IMG/VR virus record: IMGVR_UViG_3300042323_000705
Coordinates: 1-64,000 of that record
DNA: 64,000 bases
Source: a virus
Direction: 5' to 3' (one strand)
Positions 18,092 to 27,701 of the stretch are shown here, piece by piece (the first letter of the stretch is position 1; every line of letters begins with the position of its first letter). The position numbers and the translations under genes are program-made. Below the pieces are notes generated by a model. That model was given only the letters and a program-made list of their open reading frames with translations, made no database searches and was not told the DNA's origin.

Positions 18092-18300
18092 TGAAAACTT
18101 ACAAGCGTGAAGCGGCTATAGCAATTATCTTTTATCTTTGTTACTTGGGACTATACGGTCGTGTAGAAGCTCTAGAAGTTATCGCTTGGCCCTTCATGCT
18201 TTTTGTTGGAGCGGCCTTTGGTATGGATTGGGCAGGTAAACAAACCAGCTTAGTATCAAGAAAGAGAGAATACACAGATGATGAGCTTAATAACAAATAA
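18091..18300 (+). CDS. holin candidate
   Basis: 69 aa, two hydrophobic helices, charged tail, next to endolysin. Confidence 0.6.
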   Translation: MKTYKREAAIAIIFYLCYLGLYGRVEALEVIAWPFMLFVGAAFGMDWAGKQTSLVSRKREYTDDELNNK

Positions 18301-18523
18301 ACTTATGATAGGAGCGATTATTCTTCTTTTTAGCCTAGCAGGGGTAGCAAGCTATTACTTGTACAACAAAGGTTTTAAAGCTAAAGAGCAAGAGGTAATC
18401 ATACAACAACAAGAAACTTACATTCAAACTAGGAGAAGGATCGATGAAGCCACTAGTGATAATCGTTCTGTTAACGATGCTCTTGACAGGTTGCGGGCTA
18501 GGCAGAAATCTAGGAGTAAATGA
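18278..18523 (+). CDS. i-spanin (Rz-like)
   Basis: N-terminal TM helix plus periplasmic coiled coil. Confidence 0.7.
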   Translation: MMSLITNKLMIGAIILLFSLAGVASYYLYNKGFKAKEQEVIIQQQETYIQTRRRIDEATSDNRSVNDALDRLRARQKSRSK

Positions 18524-18665
18524 GAAAGGGCTATGTGACGGTTTATCACCTAAGATAGACCGATTAAATGACGCTCTTCTGATTGACGGTGGTCAACAAA
18601 CTATCCTTGCTGGTGAAGATGTAATTATAGGATTTGATGCAGGATGCTATGGACCAGTGGGTTGA
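18444..18665 (+). CDS. o-spanin lipoprotein (Rz1-like)
   Basis: Signal peptide with lipobox LLTGC, overlaps i-spanin in another frame. Confidence 0.7.
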   Translation: MKPLVIIVLLTMLLTGCGLGRNLGVNEKGLCDGLSPKIDRLNDALLIDGGQQTILAGEDVIIGFDAGCYGPVG

Positions 18666-18885
18666 CAAAATTATCGCAGGAGCAATAGCTACTGTCTTTG
18701 CTTCTATTACTTGGTTAGTTCGAACAGTTTTAACTAACAATCGTAAAATTGAGTTGCTACAATTAGAAATCAAAAATAGAGATCAACGTAGAGAAGAAGA
18801 TCGTAAAGCAGTAGCTGAGTTAAAACAAGAAATGAAGGATCTTCGTAAAGAGCTTCATGATTATTTCTTCAGCAAGAAAGACTGA
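18649..18885 (+). CDS. membrane protein with coiled coil (lysis cassette)
   Basis: One TM helix then coiled coil; last + strand gene of the block. Confidence 0.6.
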   Translation: MDQWVDKIIAGAIATVFASITWLVRTVLTNNRKIELLQLEIKNRDQRREEDRKAVAELKQEMKDLRKELHDYFFSKKD

Positions 18886-18886
18886 C

Positions 18887-18946
18887 AAAAAAAAAAAAAA
18901 AGAAAAGTGGATAGCCCCCGCCAGCGCAATGCTGACAGGGGCTTTC
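18887..18946 (-). terminator. terminator at convergence of the two main gene blocks
   Basis: On - strand a 13-bp stem AGCCCCTGTCAGC/GCTGGCGGGGGCT (G-U pairs) followed by TTTTC and T15 (A15 at 18887-18901 on +). Confidence 0.8.
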
Positions 18947-18949
18947 TTA

Positions 18950-19795
18950 TTAAAAGTTATTAAGTGTTAGGTTATTATAGCGTACTGCTGCTGCTTCTAC
19001 AGGCTCTGCAAGTACCCAATCGCCTATAATTGTAGTTGGCTTTTGAGGTTTAATCTCTCCTTTTTTCATGTTCTCTATTTTAAGTTGCAACTCAGGATGC
19101 AGCCTGTTAAGATAACCGTAGACTTTATTCTTGAAGTAAGCTGGGTGATCTAGGAAGTCTTCAGCCCAGTAACTAAAAGGAAAGTCAGTTAGCCCCCATT
19201 GAAACAACTCACCTAAACTTTCACAGTTTAGTACAAGTTCTCTTAACGCAGGTGCTTCTACAGGTAACCCTAGTGCTACTAGCTTTTCTGTATGTACTTC
19301 TGGCTTATTAAACCGTTCAACGATATACTCGAAGCAGTAACAGTAAGTTTCTAGCATAAGTACTAGGTCTTCTTTCGATACCTTCCTTTTCTTGTCTGCA
19401 AAGTGAAGATCTCGGAAAATAGCCGCAAGATACTGATCGTTCATCCTTTCAGTGATCACTAACTTTCTGTTGAAGCTAAAGAAGCGATTCCTTTCAAAGT
19501 TCTTGAAAGAATACTCTTCTAGCACCCTCAGAAAGTCTAACTTGAAGATAGAAAGATCTTCCTTGTAATCAGTACCGAAGTCTTTTGGTTCTGGTCCTCC
19601 TGCGAAGTAAAGGTTGAAATCATGCAACATCGTTTGAGCAAGCAGATTTCTGTTTTCTTCTGAGTAGTGAGTTCTCCAGTCTGCTCTGACTTTTAACCAA
19701 AACTCTGAAGATTCATAGCTCCATCCTAGATAATCAGGCTCAAACACCTTTTGAATCTGGTAGAGTACTTTAGATACTTTCCGGAAATTAATCAT
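18950..19795 (-). CDS. hypothetical protein, last gene of amidoligase cluster
   Basis: 281-aa ORF coupled to the ATP-grasp gene. Confidence 0.7.
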   Translation of the reverse strand: MINFRKVSKVLYQIQKVFEPDYLGWSYESSEFWLKVRADWRTHYSEENRNLLAQTMLHDFNLYFAGGPEPKDFGTDYKEDLSIFKLDFLRVLEEYSFKNFERNRFFSFNRKLVITERMNDQYLAAIFRDLHFADKKRKVSKEDLVLMLETYCYCFEYIVERFNKPEVHTEKLVALGLPVEAPALRELVLNCESLGELFQWGLTDFPFSYWAEDFLDHPAYFKNKVYGYLNRLHPELQLKIENMKKGEIKPQKPTTIIGDWVLAEPVEAAAVRYNNLTLNNF

Positions 19796-20585
19796 TCTTC
19801 AGCCTGTCAAACATTGCTACATAGTCTTCGATAGTAGAACCCTCTAGTCCGGGGGCAGTGTTTAGCTCTAGAGCATAAGCTGTTGCTTGCCTTTCATTGT
19901 AGATAACATCGACTGCACCAAAGTCAAGACCAGTTACAGCTAGCGCTTTTACTGCTTGCTCTTTACAGCCCTCTGGAACATCGATGTCTTGTTTAGCAAA
20001 GATGAAACCATTTGCATGATTTCGGATTTGGTAGTCCACTTCCTCATTAGGTACATCTTTCTTTTTCAGCTTTTCTTGAATGCAGAACACACCTGCTTTA
20101 CGATCTACGTGGAAACGAAACTCACGTTTCTTTGGAACGTAAACAACAAACATAGTGCCTTCAGCAATAGGGGCAAGATCCTCTACTGTGTTTACTTTTA
20201 CAATACCTTCACCAGAGTGCCCTGCTAGTACTGTACGAGCAAACAGTTTCTTAGGCTTATCTTCTGTTAGCCATTGTCTAGCTTGCTCTTTACTAAATGT
20301 AAACTCAGGAACATTAGGACCAGCTTCACCCGCTTCTTTAGCCAACTCAAAGAAGTTCTTTTTGTTACTAGCACGGTTAACTAAGCTAGGTGGGTTGATA
20401 ACTTTAGTCAGCCGCAGGATATCTGGCTCCATAGTTGTAGAACCCCAGTTAACTACTGTTTTTCTAGTAGAGGGTTTGAACTTAGAGTTCTCCAAACGAA
20501 TAACCTTGCCTTGAATACCTTGAGCAAGAGCAATAGCGCTGTTAGACCCTTGACGATAGGGGTAGACGAAGTTTTCAGTAGCCAT
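19788..20585 (-). CDS. ATP-grasp ligase (RimK/YheCD-like)
   Basis: GHSGEGI, EFR.HV, IRNH..G, GLDFGAVD, ELNTAPG motifs. Confidence 0.9.
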   Translation of the reverse strand: MATENFVYPYRQGSNSAIALAQGIQGKVIRLENSKFKPSTRKTVVNWGSTTMEPDILRLTKVINPPSLVNRASNKKNFFELAKEAGEAGPNVPEFTFSKEQARQWLTEDKPKKLFARTVLAGHSGEGIVKVNTVEDLAPIAEGTMFVVYVPKKREFRFHVDRKAGVFCIQEKLKKKDVPNEEVDYQIRNHANGFIFAKQDIDVPEGCKEQAVKALAVTGLDFGAVDVIYNERQATAYALELNTAPGLEGSTIEDYVAMFDRLKND

Positions 20586-20586
20586 G

Positions 20587-21414
20587 TTATTTAGTCTCCC
20601 AGTTGTTTAGAAATACCCAGTGTTGGATTTGACGAATACCCTCATACAAGGATTCTTCGAAGTTAGGTTTGCTGATTTGTTTTTCAGCATGAGCACCTAG
20701 CAGTTTTCTCACTACCTCTGCTCCACCGTTTGCAGACATACTGTTTAACAACTCTACAGGACTAGAAAATTCTTTTACTGTATTCTCTTTTAAAGTCAAA
20801 AAGAGATCAGCCCACTCGATAACCTTATCTGCTGTTTGCGGAGTACGTAAAGCTCGGAACTCAAGAGAACCAAACTTAGAGACGCTAACAAGATTCATTG
20901 CACCATAGCGCAAATTCTCGTTAGAAAAAATACCACCATCGGCTAGGAAGTCTCGATGCGTAAGACAACCCATAATACCTGTATTAACATAGTCTGCATC
21001 TGACAACCGCAAACAGAACAAATTACCTTGTCGCTCTTCTCCTGCATCCTCTGTTAGCAGATTCTCTAAACAGTAGTAAGCCGCCATTACAGTGAACAAC
21101 TGCTTGATAGTAAGTCGTTGACAGTTGACATGTACGTGAACACCTGCTCGCATAGAGTCATTGACTTTACCATCTAAATAAAGATAAAGATTCCTGACTT
21201 CTGCAAAAGCTACCTCCTTAGCTAGAGGCTTAGAGAAGACATATTCTTTGGCTTCACCACGTAAAGAACCATCGTTTAGTACTTTCCAGTAGCTATCTGG
21301 AATTTGAGTAGGTAGCTTTTGATTTGACTCTACCTCAACTTCAATTCCAAGATCACCTTCTTTGATAGAATGACCGAATACCTCGTATACTTTTTTAGCG
21401 AGAAAGTTTGTCAT
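20587..21414 (-). CDS. putative amidoligase (COOH-NH2 ligase fold)
   Basis: GIEVEVE, DGSL, E.V..P, GVHVHV, RY..MN, LEFR motifs. Confidence 0.88.
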   Translation of the reverse strand: MTNFLAKKVYEVFGHSIKEGDLGIEVEVESNQKLPTQIPDSYWKVLNDGSLRGEAKEYVFSKPLAKEVAFAEVRNLYLYLDGKVNDSMRAGVHVHVNCQRLTIKQLFTVMAAYYCLENLLTEDAGEERQGNLFCLRLSDADYVNTGIMGCLTHRDFLADGGIFSNENLRYGAMNLVSVSKFGSLEFRALRTPQTADKVIEWADLFLTLKENTVKEFSSPVELLNSMSANGGAEVVRKLLGAHAEKQISKPNFEESLYEGIRQIQHWVFLNNWETK

Positions 21415-22000
21415 TGCCGACCTCTTTTGTGAACTCTTCTTCGATAAAGTTAAACGCAGTGTACAGTTTAAACTTATCGTCTTTTGTTAGATCACCAACA
21501 GTAAACCCTTTATATAGCAGCTTGTACTTACTACTTAGAGCAAAGTTCTTGCTAAAAGCAATATCACCATTACATTCTTCAGCTAGCTCAATAACAGTGT
21601 CAAAGCTTTGGTATCTGTTTCTTAGACACTTGTTGACACTCTTTGCGTTACTCTCTAACCAGTTTTCAGAGAGGTTGTTATAAGAACCATTACGAACATG
21701 AGACAACTGAGAAGAACGTAAACCTTGACGGAAGTCTCGGCGAATCGGAAGACGACTAATAAACATAGCTGTTCCCGAATAAGCATCATTTACGTAACCT
21801 AGCTTTCCAATCGAGAAGTCTAGGTCTCTAATATTCAACTTAACTTCGTTTCGGTCTTCATCAAAGGCAATAATAGTCGCTTTATCTAAGTCATTAGTCT
21901 TAGAGTATATATCGACAATCTTGTAAAAGCCTTTTTCTTTACCTTTCATGTAACTAGAGTTAAGCCTTGACCTTGCATAGCTTGCATCATTATTGAACAT
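21395..22000 (-). CDS. hypothetical protein in amidoligase cluster
   Basis: Coupled on both sides; LGYVN...R.P.R...QGL pattern. Confidence 0.7.
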   Translation of the reverse strand: MFNNDASYARSRLNSSYMKGKEKGFYKIVDIYSKTNDLDKATIIAFDEDRNEVKLNIRDLDFSIGKLGYVNDAYSGTAMFISRLPIRRDFRQGLRSSQLSHVRNGSYNNLSENWLESNAKSVNKCLRNRYQSFDTVIELAEECNGDIAFSKNFALSSKYKLLYKGFTVGDLTKDDKFKLYTAFNFIEEEFTKEVGNDKLSR

Positions 22001-22835
22001 ATTGCGCCTTTAGGTTGTTAAAGATAGCTTCGCCAAGATAAGCCCAGTTGCTATTAATAATCTCTTGTGAGGGAAGATTAATAGCTCCTTTGAAGAAGGT
22101 TTGATTATTGAGACCCTTCCTCTGCTTTTTATCCATCAAGCTTGTAATCGCTTGAATAGTAGTATCATACACAAAACCGATTAACTCGTCAGACTTCAAC
22201 CATTGATTTGAACCAGAACGATACTCCATACCATAAGGTTTAGGACGGAAAGCACCCGCAGCACCGTAGATAGAACGACGAAGAGCATCTTTGTCCCAAG
22301 CAAGAGAAGCTGCACCCATGTAGTAGTCCATTTCTGCGGCTAGAGCAGCACAAGCCTCGATATGCTTAGGGTCTCGAGTAGGTAACCCAGCAGCCCAACC
22401 AATATGCACATGACCACCTGCTGATCGAATGTTAGGATCAGGTAGCCTAGGGCGAGGATTCTTGTCTAGAGTATAAGCATTGTAGTCAGGATCACAACCT
22501 AACTCAAGAGCTTCTTCAGGTTGAGCAGCCATGATCTCTGGAGAGAACTTGGCAATAGACGAAACTGACAGACTGTGACCCTCTGGCAGCATTTCTTTTA
22601 GTTGAGTTAGTACATCATTAATACGATAGACGAAGTCCCTTTTATTAGTGGCAGGATCGATACCAAATTCGAGAGCCATACCATCTACCTGAACCATACC
22701 GTTACGTACTTTTAGTGGTTCTGTTTTTGTTCCGGGAATCATTCCGTGAGCACTAACAAACTCACCTTTAGCATTAGTAACAAATACTTCAGGGTCACAG
22801 CCAATAAGGAATTCTACGTTATTGATGATAGTCAT
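21990..22835 (-). CDS. phiEco32-like COOH-NH2 ligase type 2
   Basis: IGCDPE, DG.A.E, GCDPDYNAY, RSAGGHVH, R..YG.AG.FR.KPYG.EYR motifs. Confidence 0.9.
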   Translation of the reverse strand: MTIINNVEFLIGCDPEVFVTNAKGEFVSAHGMIPGTKTEPLKVRNGMVQVDGMALEFGIDPATNKRDFVYRINDVLTQLKEMLPEGHSLSVSSIAKFSPEIMAAQPEEALELGCDPDYNAYTLDKNPRPRLPDPNIRSAGGHVHIGWAAGLPTRDPKHIEACAALAAEMDYYMGAASLAWDKDALRRSIYGAAGAFRPKPYGMEYRSGSNQWLKSDELIGFVYDTTIQAITSLMDKKQRKGLNNQTFFKGAINLPSQEIINSNWAYLGEAIFNNLKAQYVQ

Positions 22836-22852
22836 TTCCTAAGTCCTTCTAG

Positions 22853-23938
22853 TTAGGAAGCGTGTTTCCATTCTTTAGAACATGCAAGGCAGATAGGTGT
22901 TTCTCTATCCATCCACTTTACAAATCCTTCTACATGATCTTCGTATTCCAAGTCTGTTTGGCACATAGCACAACCGTCTCGAGCATCTTTGTCAAACTCC
23001 TCTTTAGTGATGTATGATCGATCCAACCAACCGGAGGCTGGACGAAAGGGTTCTTTTGATTTGTTAACCTCGCTAGCCCAGTTAGGCTTTTTATGGTTTA
23101 ACAACTTGACATGCTTGTTAGCAAAGGTAGTTACAACGCCCGTACTCCGATCCCCATAAGAACTGTTGGTAGGCTTCACTACTAAAGGGGCTACGGAGTT
23201 TACTTTTACCTCCTCGATTTTGTTGTCACCTAAAACAATCTCTACATGCTCGTTTACTGGAAACTCTTTAATATTTTTAACAAGTTCACTAAGTTTGCCT
23301 TTTACAAGAGCTACTCGTAGAATCCACTCTTCACTAGCATAAGCATAGACTGTTTTAGTGTCATTGTGAGTCAAGAATAACGATCGTTCTTTATTGCGGT
23401 AAATATTGAAGGTTTTCTTTTCAGAATCCCACCAAGTCATTGCCGCTGCACCAGTAACAGTATCCATAATCTTTTTGATAGACCAACCTTTGCTTAGAGC
23501 AAAGATTAGTTTTTCAGAGTCAGTATGGCCAGAGATAGCTTCTCCTGTCGGAAGAACCAACAGTCCTCCGCTAATAGTTCCATTATGGCAACCAGTGATT
23601 GATCCATGATGGAACGGATGAGCGTTAGTGGCGTTAACTGCACCAATAGTAGCCGCACGGTTATGACCCATTAAAAAGTCAAACCGTTCAGTCAGCTTAT
23701 TATGCAGCATACCCCTATGATCAAACAACTCTGGAAATTTACGTGTCAAGTTAGAAGGATGACCTTCTGTCTTAGCAACAATTACTTGTGAACGATTTTT
23801 CTTACCTACGAAAGACTTACGAAGAGCAATGCCCGTGGAGTCTTCTCCTCGAACAGTATCTAGATGTAGCATCCATTTGAATGCCTCAAGATGTAGAGTG
23901 GAAAGATTTGCTCCCACAATACCGACTAGTCCACACAT
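22853..23938 (-). CDS. class II (Ntn) glutamine amidotransferase
   Basis: N-terminal MCG, RG.DSTG, GHNR.AT.G, NAHPF, HNGT, TDSE; C-terminal CxxC...CxxC. Confidence 0.9.
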   Translation of the reverse strand: MCGLVGIVGANLSTLHLEAFKWMLHLDTVRGEDSTGIALRKSFVGKKNRSQVIVAKTEGHPSNLTRKFPELFDHRGMLHNKLTERFDFLMGHNRAATIGAVNATNAHPFHHGSITGCHNGTISGGLLVLPTGEAISGHTDSEKLIFALSKGWSIKKIMDTVTGAAAMTWWDSEKKTFNIYRNKERSLFLTHNDTKTVYAYASEEWILRVALVKGKLSELVKNIKEFPVNEHVEIVLGDNKIEEVKVNSVAPLVVKPTNSSYGDRSTGVVTTFANKHVKLLNHKKPNWASEVNKSKEPFRPASGWLDRSYITKEEFDKDARDGCAMCQTDLEYEDHVEGFVKWMDRETPICLACSKEWKHAS

Positions 23939-24540
23939 TATAGCATCCCTTGGAATTTATGTTTCATTAGTTCAGCAAAGAAGTCTACCGCATTTTCAGG
24001 GCAGTTTGAGTATTCTGGATGATACTGTACGCCTAAGAATCCACAACTAGTAGCTACTACTACCTCTGTAGAGCCTTCATGACTTACGTACACTTCATCC
24101 GCGTAGTCTACTTCATGGATAGGCACACACTGGTGATGAGAAGAGTTGATAGTTAACCCTTCCCATCCTTCGATTTCTTCCTCATCCATAGCTAGTAGGC
24201 GATGTGGTGTTCCTGCATGACCTGAGATATGCTGGATTAGTGTACCTCCATTAGCTACGTGTAACAACTGTAAACCTCTACAAATACCTAACATTGGAAT
24301 CTGCTTTAGTTTACCTGCAATAACTGTGCAGAAGTCTTGGTAGTCAACGTCACTGTCAGAGTAGGTACCTCTAAGCTTTTCAGCATTGTATAAAGAAGGA
24401 GAAACATCGTACCCTCCTCCAAAGACAATGAAGTCAGGTGTTTCCTTATCACTAACCTCTTGATAACCTAGTTTTCGTAGAAGACTAGCTACACCATAGT
24501 CAAAGCGACTCATTAGAAACTTAGCTGCCATGTTATTCAC
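23938..24540 (-). CDS. class I glutamine amidotransferase / peptidase C26
   Basis: GG.DV.P..Y, GICRG.Q, NS.HHQ, VQYHPE triad motifs. Confidence 0.9.
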   Translation of the reverse strand: MNNMAAKFLMSRFDYGVASLLRKLGYQEVSDKETPDFIVFGGGYDVSPSLYNAEKLRGTYSDSDVDYQDFCTVIAGKLKQIPMLGICRGLQLLHVANGGTLIQHISGHAGTPHRLLAMDEEEIEGWEGLTINSSHHQCVPIHEVDYADEVYVSHEGSTEVVVATSCGFLGVQYHPEYSNCPENAVDFFAELMKHKFQGML

Positions 24541-25519
24541 CTAGTTTGAGTTGTTTTGAAAGCATTTCGATTGGAGTCAAGTTGATAGGCACTCCATTCG
24601 AATCAGCTTTGTCTGTGATAATAAATGATTTTAACTCGTCAATAGCATCTTGCCACAAAGAAGCGTAGTCTACCTCAACTACTTCTGCTGCAGTGTTAAA
24701 CAGCATTGAGCCATTACCACGCATAATCTCAGAGAAAGATTGTTGTAGTTCAAACTCGTTTCTTCCTGTATACTCTTTAGCGAGAGGAGACAAGATGTAG
24801 TTACTGTTTGACGGCCAGCGTCCTTCTGTAAAACTAATCTGATTTACCCAACCAAAAGGTTTGTTTGGATCATCTTTACACATATCTTTTAGTGCAGCTA
24901 TAGACTCAGCGTACACTAGAGGTAGATGCGCACTATTAGAAGAGTGCAAACTATCACGAAGACTTTTTACTCTTGGAGTTCGTGTTGCCTTGACAGTTTT
25001 CTTGTCAGAAACAAGATTTAGCTCAGTAGCTACGAGTAGCAGTAGCATAGGGTGAATATCATAGCCTGAGGCTAGAATATCATAGACTGCATGCATAAAC
25101 TTTTTAAACTCACTAGTACTTAAACGAGCTAACTGAGCAGCACCTAACCACTTAGCCGCGGATACGTCTACTCGTTTAACGAAACCATAACGAAGACTTA
25201 GTACTGGGTCTTTACAAAGAAACACATCAGAGAAGAAGCTTTTATTAATTAGCCAGTCGTAGAATTGAATTGCACCTTGGTTGTCTACTAGTTTGTTATC
25301 TGCCATAGTAATAACAGCAAGAGCTTTGTCTCGATAGATTGCACTATTTACTGCTGCATGGCAAGCTCCTTGGACTATACCTCTAGTCCGATAACTACCT
25401 TCTGGATCATCATTGTGAGCAACATAACCTGTCATAGCATAAGTGCTATTTCTATAACCTTCAAAGATTTGATCGTAAAAGCCTTCAGCATGTTGACGTA
25501 GTACAGTTTGAATATCCAT
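24533..25519 (-). CDS. hypothetical protein, first gene of amidoligase cluster
   Basis: 328-aa ORF with SD AAGAGG. Confidence 0.7.
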   Translation of the reverse strand: MDIQTVLRQHAEGFYDQIFEGYRNSTYAMTGYVAHNDDPEGSYRTRGIVQGACHAAVNSAIYRDKALAVITMADNKLVDNQGAIQFYDWLINKSFFSDVFLCKDPVLSLRYGFVKRVDVSAAKWLGAAQLARLSTSEFKKFMHAVYDILASGYDIHPMLLLLVATELNLVSDKKTVKATRTPRVKSLRDSLHSSNSAHLPLVYAESIAALKDMCKDDPNKPFGWVNQISFTEGRWPSNSNYILSPLAKEYTGRNEFELQQSFSEIMRGNGSMLFNTAAEVVEVDYASLWQDAIDELKSFIITDKADSNGVPINLTPIEMLSKQLKLGE

Positions 25520-25545
25520 TTTAGGACCTCTTAGCTAGGTTAAGT

Positions 25546-25570
25546 AAAAAGCCCAGTTTTCACTGGGCCT
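25546..25570 (-). terminator. intrinsic terminator between RNR block and amidoligase cluster
   Basis: - strand GCCCAGT-GAAA-ACTGGGC-TTTTT. Confidence 0.7.
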
Positions 25571-25853
25571 TTGTTGAGGGTAGTTCTTTGTCTTTACCGC
25601 AAACATAGCGGCCAACAACTTCAAAAGTAAGAAGTTTCTTTTCATCTTCCATTAGCACGACAAGATAAACATCTTGGAAAGTTATAACCCAAGAATCTCT
25701 TAGACCAATAGAATGACTTACGATTCTTTCTACTTTTTCTCCTTCGATTTTAATGATGTCTCCTCGTTTAAGGGAACACCATTCTTCATACAGAGTAGAC
25801 ATGACGTTGAAACTCTGTAGCACCTCCGATGTAGTTTTCCATAGATACAGCAT
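25560..25853 (-). CDS. hypothetical protein (true start probably near 25802)
   Basis: ORF track. Confidence 0.5.
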   Translation of the reverse strand: MLYLWKTTSEVLQSFNVMSTLYEEWCSLKRGDIIKIEGEKVERIVSHSIGLRDSWVITFQDVYLVVLMEDEKKLLTFEVVGRYVCGKDKELPSTKAQ

Positions 25854-26016
25854 CTTTGAATACTACAGGAACTGTTTTTAAACCATTCTCTTGCATAAAC
25901 TCAATCATAGATTCTAATGATAACTCTTTGTAGTCTAATCCTGCCTTTTTAGCAAGATTCTTTACCATTTCACAGTAAACACAACGAGGAGTATCTCTTG
26001 TAATAAAGTAGTACAT
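25786..26016 (-). CDS. glutaredoxin
   Basis: CVYC, TVP, YIGG motifs; next to RNR. Confidence 0.85.
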   Translation of the reverse strand: MYYFITRDTPRCVYCEMVKNLAKKAGLDYKELSLESMIEFMQENGLKTVPVVFKDAVSMENYIGGATEFQRHVYSV

Positions 26017-27701
26017 TATGCCTCACAAGATGAGCAAGTTAACAAGTTTCGAACTAACTCTTGAGCAGGGTTAGTTGATCGTTGGTAGTACATCGTCTTT
26101 ACTCCTAGGTGCCAAGCCATAACAAGAAGATCATGGACATCACTTGGAGGGGAATTAGGATGCACAGTAATATTAAGAGATTGCGATTGATCAATATACT
26201 TTTGCCGATCTGCTGCTTGAATTACAATTTCTAGTTGTGAGATTTCTCCGAAGGTTTTGAAAACTTCTTTTTCGTGCTCACTGAGAAACTCGAGGTGTTG
26301 GACTGAACCTCCACGGATGAGGATTGATCGCCATACCTCTTCAGTATCTTTTTCATGAGTTGCGAGGACACTTTGAAGGTAGGGGTTTTTGTAGGTGTAT
26401 TTCCCTTTTGCAAGATCTTTCGTGAAGTAGTTACTAGCAAGTGGTTCAATACTAGGAGATACAGCACCAAGGATAAAACTTGAGCTAGTAGTAGGAGCAA
26501 TAGCCATGAGAGTGACATTACGACGACCATAACCTTTCAGTAGTTCAGGCTCACCAAACAACTTAGCCATTTCTTTAGAAGCAGCTAGTGATCTGATGTT
26601 AATAAAGTTGTGAATAGTTCGGTTTAGATCACGTGCTTCTTCTGATTCAAAGGCTAGTAGTTTAGACTGAAGTAAGCTATGATACCCAAGAGTACCAATC
26701 CCGAGAGCGCGTTGCTTAATAGCGAAATTACGAGCCGCTTCCATAAACCTGATGTTAGCGGTTTTTTCAATGTACTCTTCCATAACAGCATCGAGGAAGA
26801 AAGCCAAGACTTCAACTGCATCTGTTTCCTTCCATTCATCCCAAGTAGCCATGTTCATTGAAGACAAGTCGCAAACAAAAGATTCATCTTCTGTTGAAGA
26901 CAATGCAATCTCTGAACACAGGTTGCTTGAGTAGATTTTACGCCCTAGAGCCTTATAGACCTCTGGGGCTGCATTATTTACTGTGTCTGTCCAGAAGATA
27001 TAAGGATAGCCAGATTCGAAACGTTTACGAATAATAGCTCCCCATACCTTACGTTTGTCTTTATCACCACCAAGCATAGATTGCATCCAAGCGTCTGTAA
27101 TACAGACCCCTAGCGAAATGTCCTGAATCGGTGATCCTTCTTCTCGCATGTTGAGCCACTCGTGAATGTCTGGGTGCTCGACATCAAGGTAGCCCGCCCA
27201 GGCTCCGCGACGTGTAGTGCCTTGACTGATGACGCTTGTGGTCGTCTGAAACATTTCCACAAAATGTACAGGACCGTCAGCTGAACCACCAGACCTAATA
27301 GGAGTCCCCCTAGGACGAATGTGACCAAGATAGCCGCTAGTACCTGCTCCATGTTTTGTTTGCATCCCCACTTCTGCTACTTTTTCAAGAATACCACCCA
27401 TGTCATCCGGAACATAAACGTTATTGCAACTGATAGGTAGTCCTTCACGACCAAAGTTTGACCACACAGGAGAGGCTAGACTATAGAAGCCTCGTGACAT
27501 GTAGTCGTAGAATTTAGCCTCTAACTGATCTACAAACTTGTAGTCAGCCTCAACTAGCATGTTAGAAACAACTACACCGAATCGTTTAGCGATGTTTCCT
27601 ACTCGTTGTTGTACCGTTTCTCCGTTACGAAGATAGCTACCTCCTTTAGACATAAAATCGACAGTATCTTTTGTTACCCAGTACCAAGGTTCTTGCATCA
27701 C
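26016..27701 (-). CDS. nrdA: ribonucleotide reductase class I large subunit
   Basis: SPVWSNFG, ISC, SNLCSEI, APTTSSS, YYQR, C-terminal CSSC. Confidence 0.95.
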   Translation of the reverse strand: MMQEPWYWVTKDTVDFMSKGGSYLRNGETVQQRVGNIAKRFGVVVSNMLVEADYKFVDQLEAKFYDYMSRGFYSLASPVWSNFGREGLPISCNNVYVPDDMGGILEKVAEVGMQTKHGAGTSGYLGHIRPRGTPIRSGGSADGPVHFVEMFQTTTSVISQGTTRRGAWAGYLDVEHPDIHEWLNMREEGSPIQDISLGVCITDAWMQSMLGGDKDKRKVWGAIIRKRFESGYPYIFWTDTVNNAAPEVYKALGRKIYSSNLCSEIALSSTEDESFVCDLSSMNMATWDEWKETDAVEVLAFFLDAVMEEYIEKTANIRFMEAARNFAIKQRALGIGTLGYHSLLQSKLLAFESEEARDLNRTIHNFINIRSLAASKEMAKLFGEPELLKGYGRRNVTLMAIAPTTSSSFILGAVSPSIEPLASNYFTKDLAKGKYTYKNPYLQSVLATHEKDTEEVWRSILIRGGSVQHLEFLSEHEKEVFKTFGEISQLEIVIQAADRQKYIDQSQSLNITVHPNSPPSDVHDLLVMAWHLGVKTMYYQRSTNPAQELVRNLLTCSSCEA

